A stretch of 64,000 nt of DNA, taken from positions 84-64,083 of the forward strand of contig CAUZDS010000018.1 of the NCBI GenBank assembly GCA_963578725.1, written 5' to 3'. The translations under genes and the position numbers were made by a program. This document shows positions 61,072-64,000 of this stretch, in pieces. The notes under the pieces are model-generated. The model was not told the DNA's origin and did no database searches. It saw nothing but the letters and a program-made list of their open reading frames with translations. Source of the DNA: Vicinamibacteria bacterium (GTDB lineage: Bacteria; Acidobacteriota; Vicinamibacteria; Vicinamibacterales; UBA8438). The stretch's first letter is position 1. Each line of letters opens with the position of its first letter.

Positions 61072-61419
61072 GTGTTCGCCATCATAGAAGCCGCTGGGCA
61101 CCAGGTCAGGGTGGAACCGGGCGAGCATATCGAAGTGGACCGGCTTGGCGTGGAACCCGGGGCGGACGTGACGTTCGACCAGGTCCTGTTCCTGAGCCGG
61201 GACGACGGCTCGCTGGTCGCCGGGAGCCCGACCGTGGCCGGCGCCCGTGTCGTCGGCGTCGTGGATGCCCACCCGCGCGGTCCGAAGATCCGCGTCTTCC
61301 GTCGCAAGCGCCGGAAAGGCATGCGGCGTACACGGGGGCACCGCCGCGACCTGACGCGGATCCGGATCATCGACATCACGACAGACGCTGGTGACCCGAA
61401 CCCGAAGTCCGTTGCCTAA
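61072..61419 (+). CDS. rplU: 50S ribosomal protein L21
   Basis: VFAIIEAAGHQVRVEPGEHIEVDRL...FDQVLFL...GSP.V.GA.V.G.V....RG.KI.VF..KRRK...R..GHR. GTG start at 61072 preceded by GAAGGGG. Confidence 0.9.
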   Translation: MFAIIEAAGHQVRVEPGEHIEVDRLGVEPGADVTFDQVLFLSRDDGSLVAGSPTVAGARVVGVVDAHPRGPKIRVFRRKRRKGMRRTRGHRRDLTRIRIIDITTDAGDPNPKSVA

Positions 61420-61443
61420 CTCGGGACACAAGCTGAGGCGGTC

Positions 61444-61704
61444 ATGGCACACAAGAAGGGACAAGGCAGCTCACGAAACGGACGTGACAGCAACGCGCAG
61501 CGGCTGGGCGTGAAGCGCTTCGACGGTAACGTCGTCAGCGGCGGATCGATCCTGGTGCGGCAGCGTGGACAGCGGTTCCGTCCGGGTCCGAACGTTGGTC
61601 TCGGTAAGGACGACACACTCTTCGCCAAGATCGGCGGCCGGGTCCGCTTCGAGGACCACGGAGCACGGGGCCGGGTAATCAGCGTGCTGCCACTCGACGC
61701 ATAG
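61444..61704 (+). CDS. rpmA: 50S ribosomal protein L27
   Basis: [39 protein letters not shown]....[13 protein letters not shown]. Confidence 0.95.
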   Translation: MAHKKGQGSSRNGRDSNAQRLGVKRFDGNVVSGGSILVRQRGQRFRPGPNVGLGKDDTLFAKIGGRVRFEDHGARGRVISVLPLDA

Positions 61705-63505
<1,801 letters not shown>

Positions 63506-63509
<4 letters not shown>

Positions 63510-63889
63510 CTGACAATGAACCTGTTCCGCGGGAGTCCCAGACGCCGCTCCCTGACCGGATCGGCGAGGCGGTTGAAGCGGCGCGTGAGAGAAAGGCGGA
63601 GAACCTGATCGTCCTCGACCTCCGCCAGTGCGATGCCTTTACGGACCACTTCGTCGTCTGCTCAGGTCACAGCAACCGCCAGGTGAGGGCGATCGTCGAT
63701 GAGATCGAGAGGCGACTCAAGGCGATCAAGCGTAGCCCGGCCCATGTCGAAGGCTACACGAGAGCCGACTGGGTGCTCATCGACTACTTCGACTTCGTCG
63801 TGCATGTATTCACGTCCGAGACCAGGGACTTCTATGCGCTCGAACGGCTCTGGGGCAACGCGGTCAAAATCTACGTTGAACCAACCTGA
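63506..63889 (+). CDS. rsfS: ribosome silencing factor RsfS (iojap)
   Basis: ...KAENLIVLDLRQ....TDHFVVCSG.SNRQVRAI.DEI...LK...........EG....DWVLIDY.DFVVHVF....R.FY.LE.LW. The start is trimmed to ATG 63506. Confidence 0.9.
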
Positions 63890-63935
63890 TCATCTGCCAC
63901 CACGTCCTCGTCACGTTGCCGCCACGCGCCGCCTG

Positions 63936-64000
63936 ATGGGGACGGTCCGTGGGGGACTCGACTCCCTGCTCGCGGTCCTGCTAGCACCCGCCTGTGGCGT
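63936..64000 (+). CDS. 5' end of a possible ComF-family (phosphoribosyltransferase-like) gene, truncated by the window end
   Basis: MGTVRGGLDSLLAVLLAPACGV... resembles the ...LL.LLFP..C..C N-terminus of ComFC-like proteins. Only 21 codons are visible. Confidence 0.25.
   Translation, partial: MGTVRGGLDSLLAVLLAPACG

Overview
GC-rich (by eye about two-thirds G+C, not computed) chromosomal segment of a diderm bacterium. Gene content suggests an Acidobacteriota/Gemmatimonadota-like lineage, but that is inference only. Most of the window is housekeeping: hyi-glxR; six tRNAs (Arg-TCT, His-GTG, Arg-TCG, Arg-CCG, Lys-CTT, Leu-TAG); tig-clpP-clpX-lon-engB-rpmE; a class II (B12) ribonucleotide reductase with tandem NrdR boxes; a ~17-kb same-strand array hslV-hslU-lipoprotein-FAH-tal-acyl-CoA carboxylase (pccB, accC, separate BCCP)-tamB-bamA-surA-like; an ECF sigma/anti-sigma module; abcF; xerC-trmFO-topA; and rplU-rpmA-obg-nadD-rsfS. 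I found no CRISPR array, intact mobile element, prophage or recognisable defence system. The non-routine content is: (i) a KamA-family radical-SAM aminomutase whose specificity positions do not look lysine-type, apparently co-transcribed with a betaine/choline-type ABC importer behind a ~480-nt leader; (ii) a ~95-nt element present twice, upstream of rplU and upstream of a dead response-regulator gene/abcF; (iii) several decayed genes (dprA, a CheY-like receiver, a pyruvate-carboxylase C-terminus beside the tRNA cluster, IS fragments); (iv) start/stop overlap linking carboxylase genes to tamB-bamA; (v) a lower-GC islet with a repeat-containing OMP, plus assorted tandem repeats and a 48-nt perfect hairpin. 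All calls come from reading translations and motifs by eye. No database search or folding was run.
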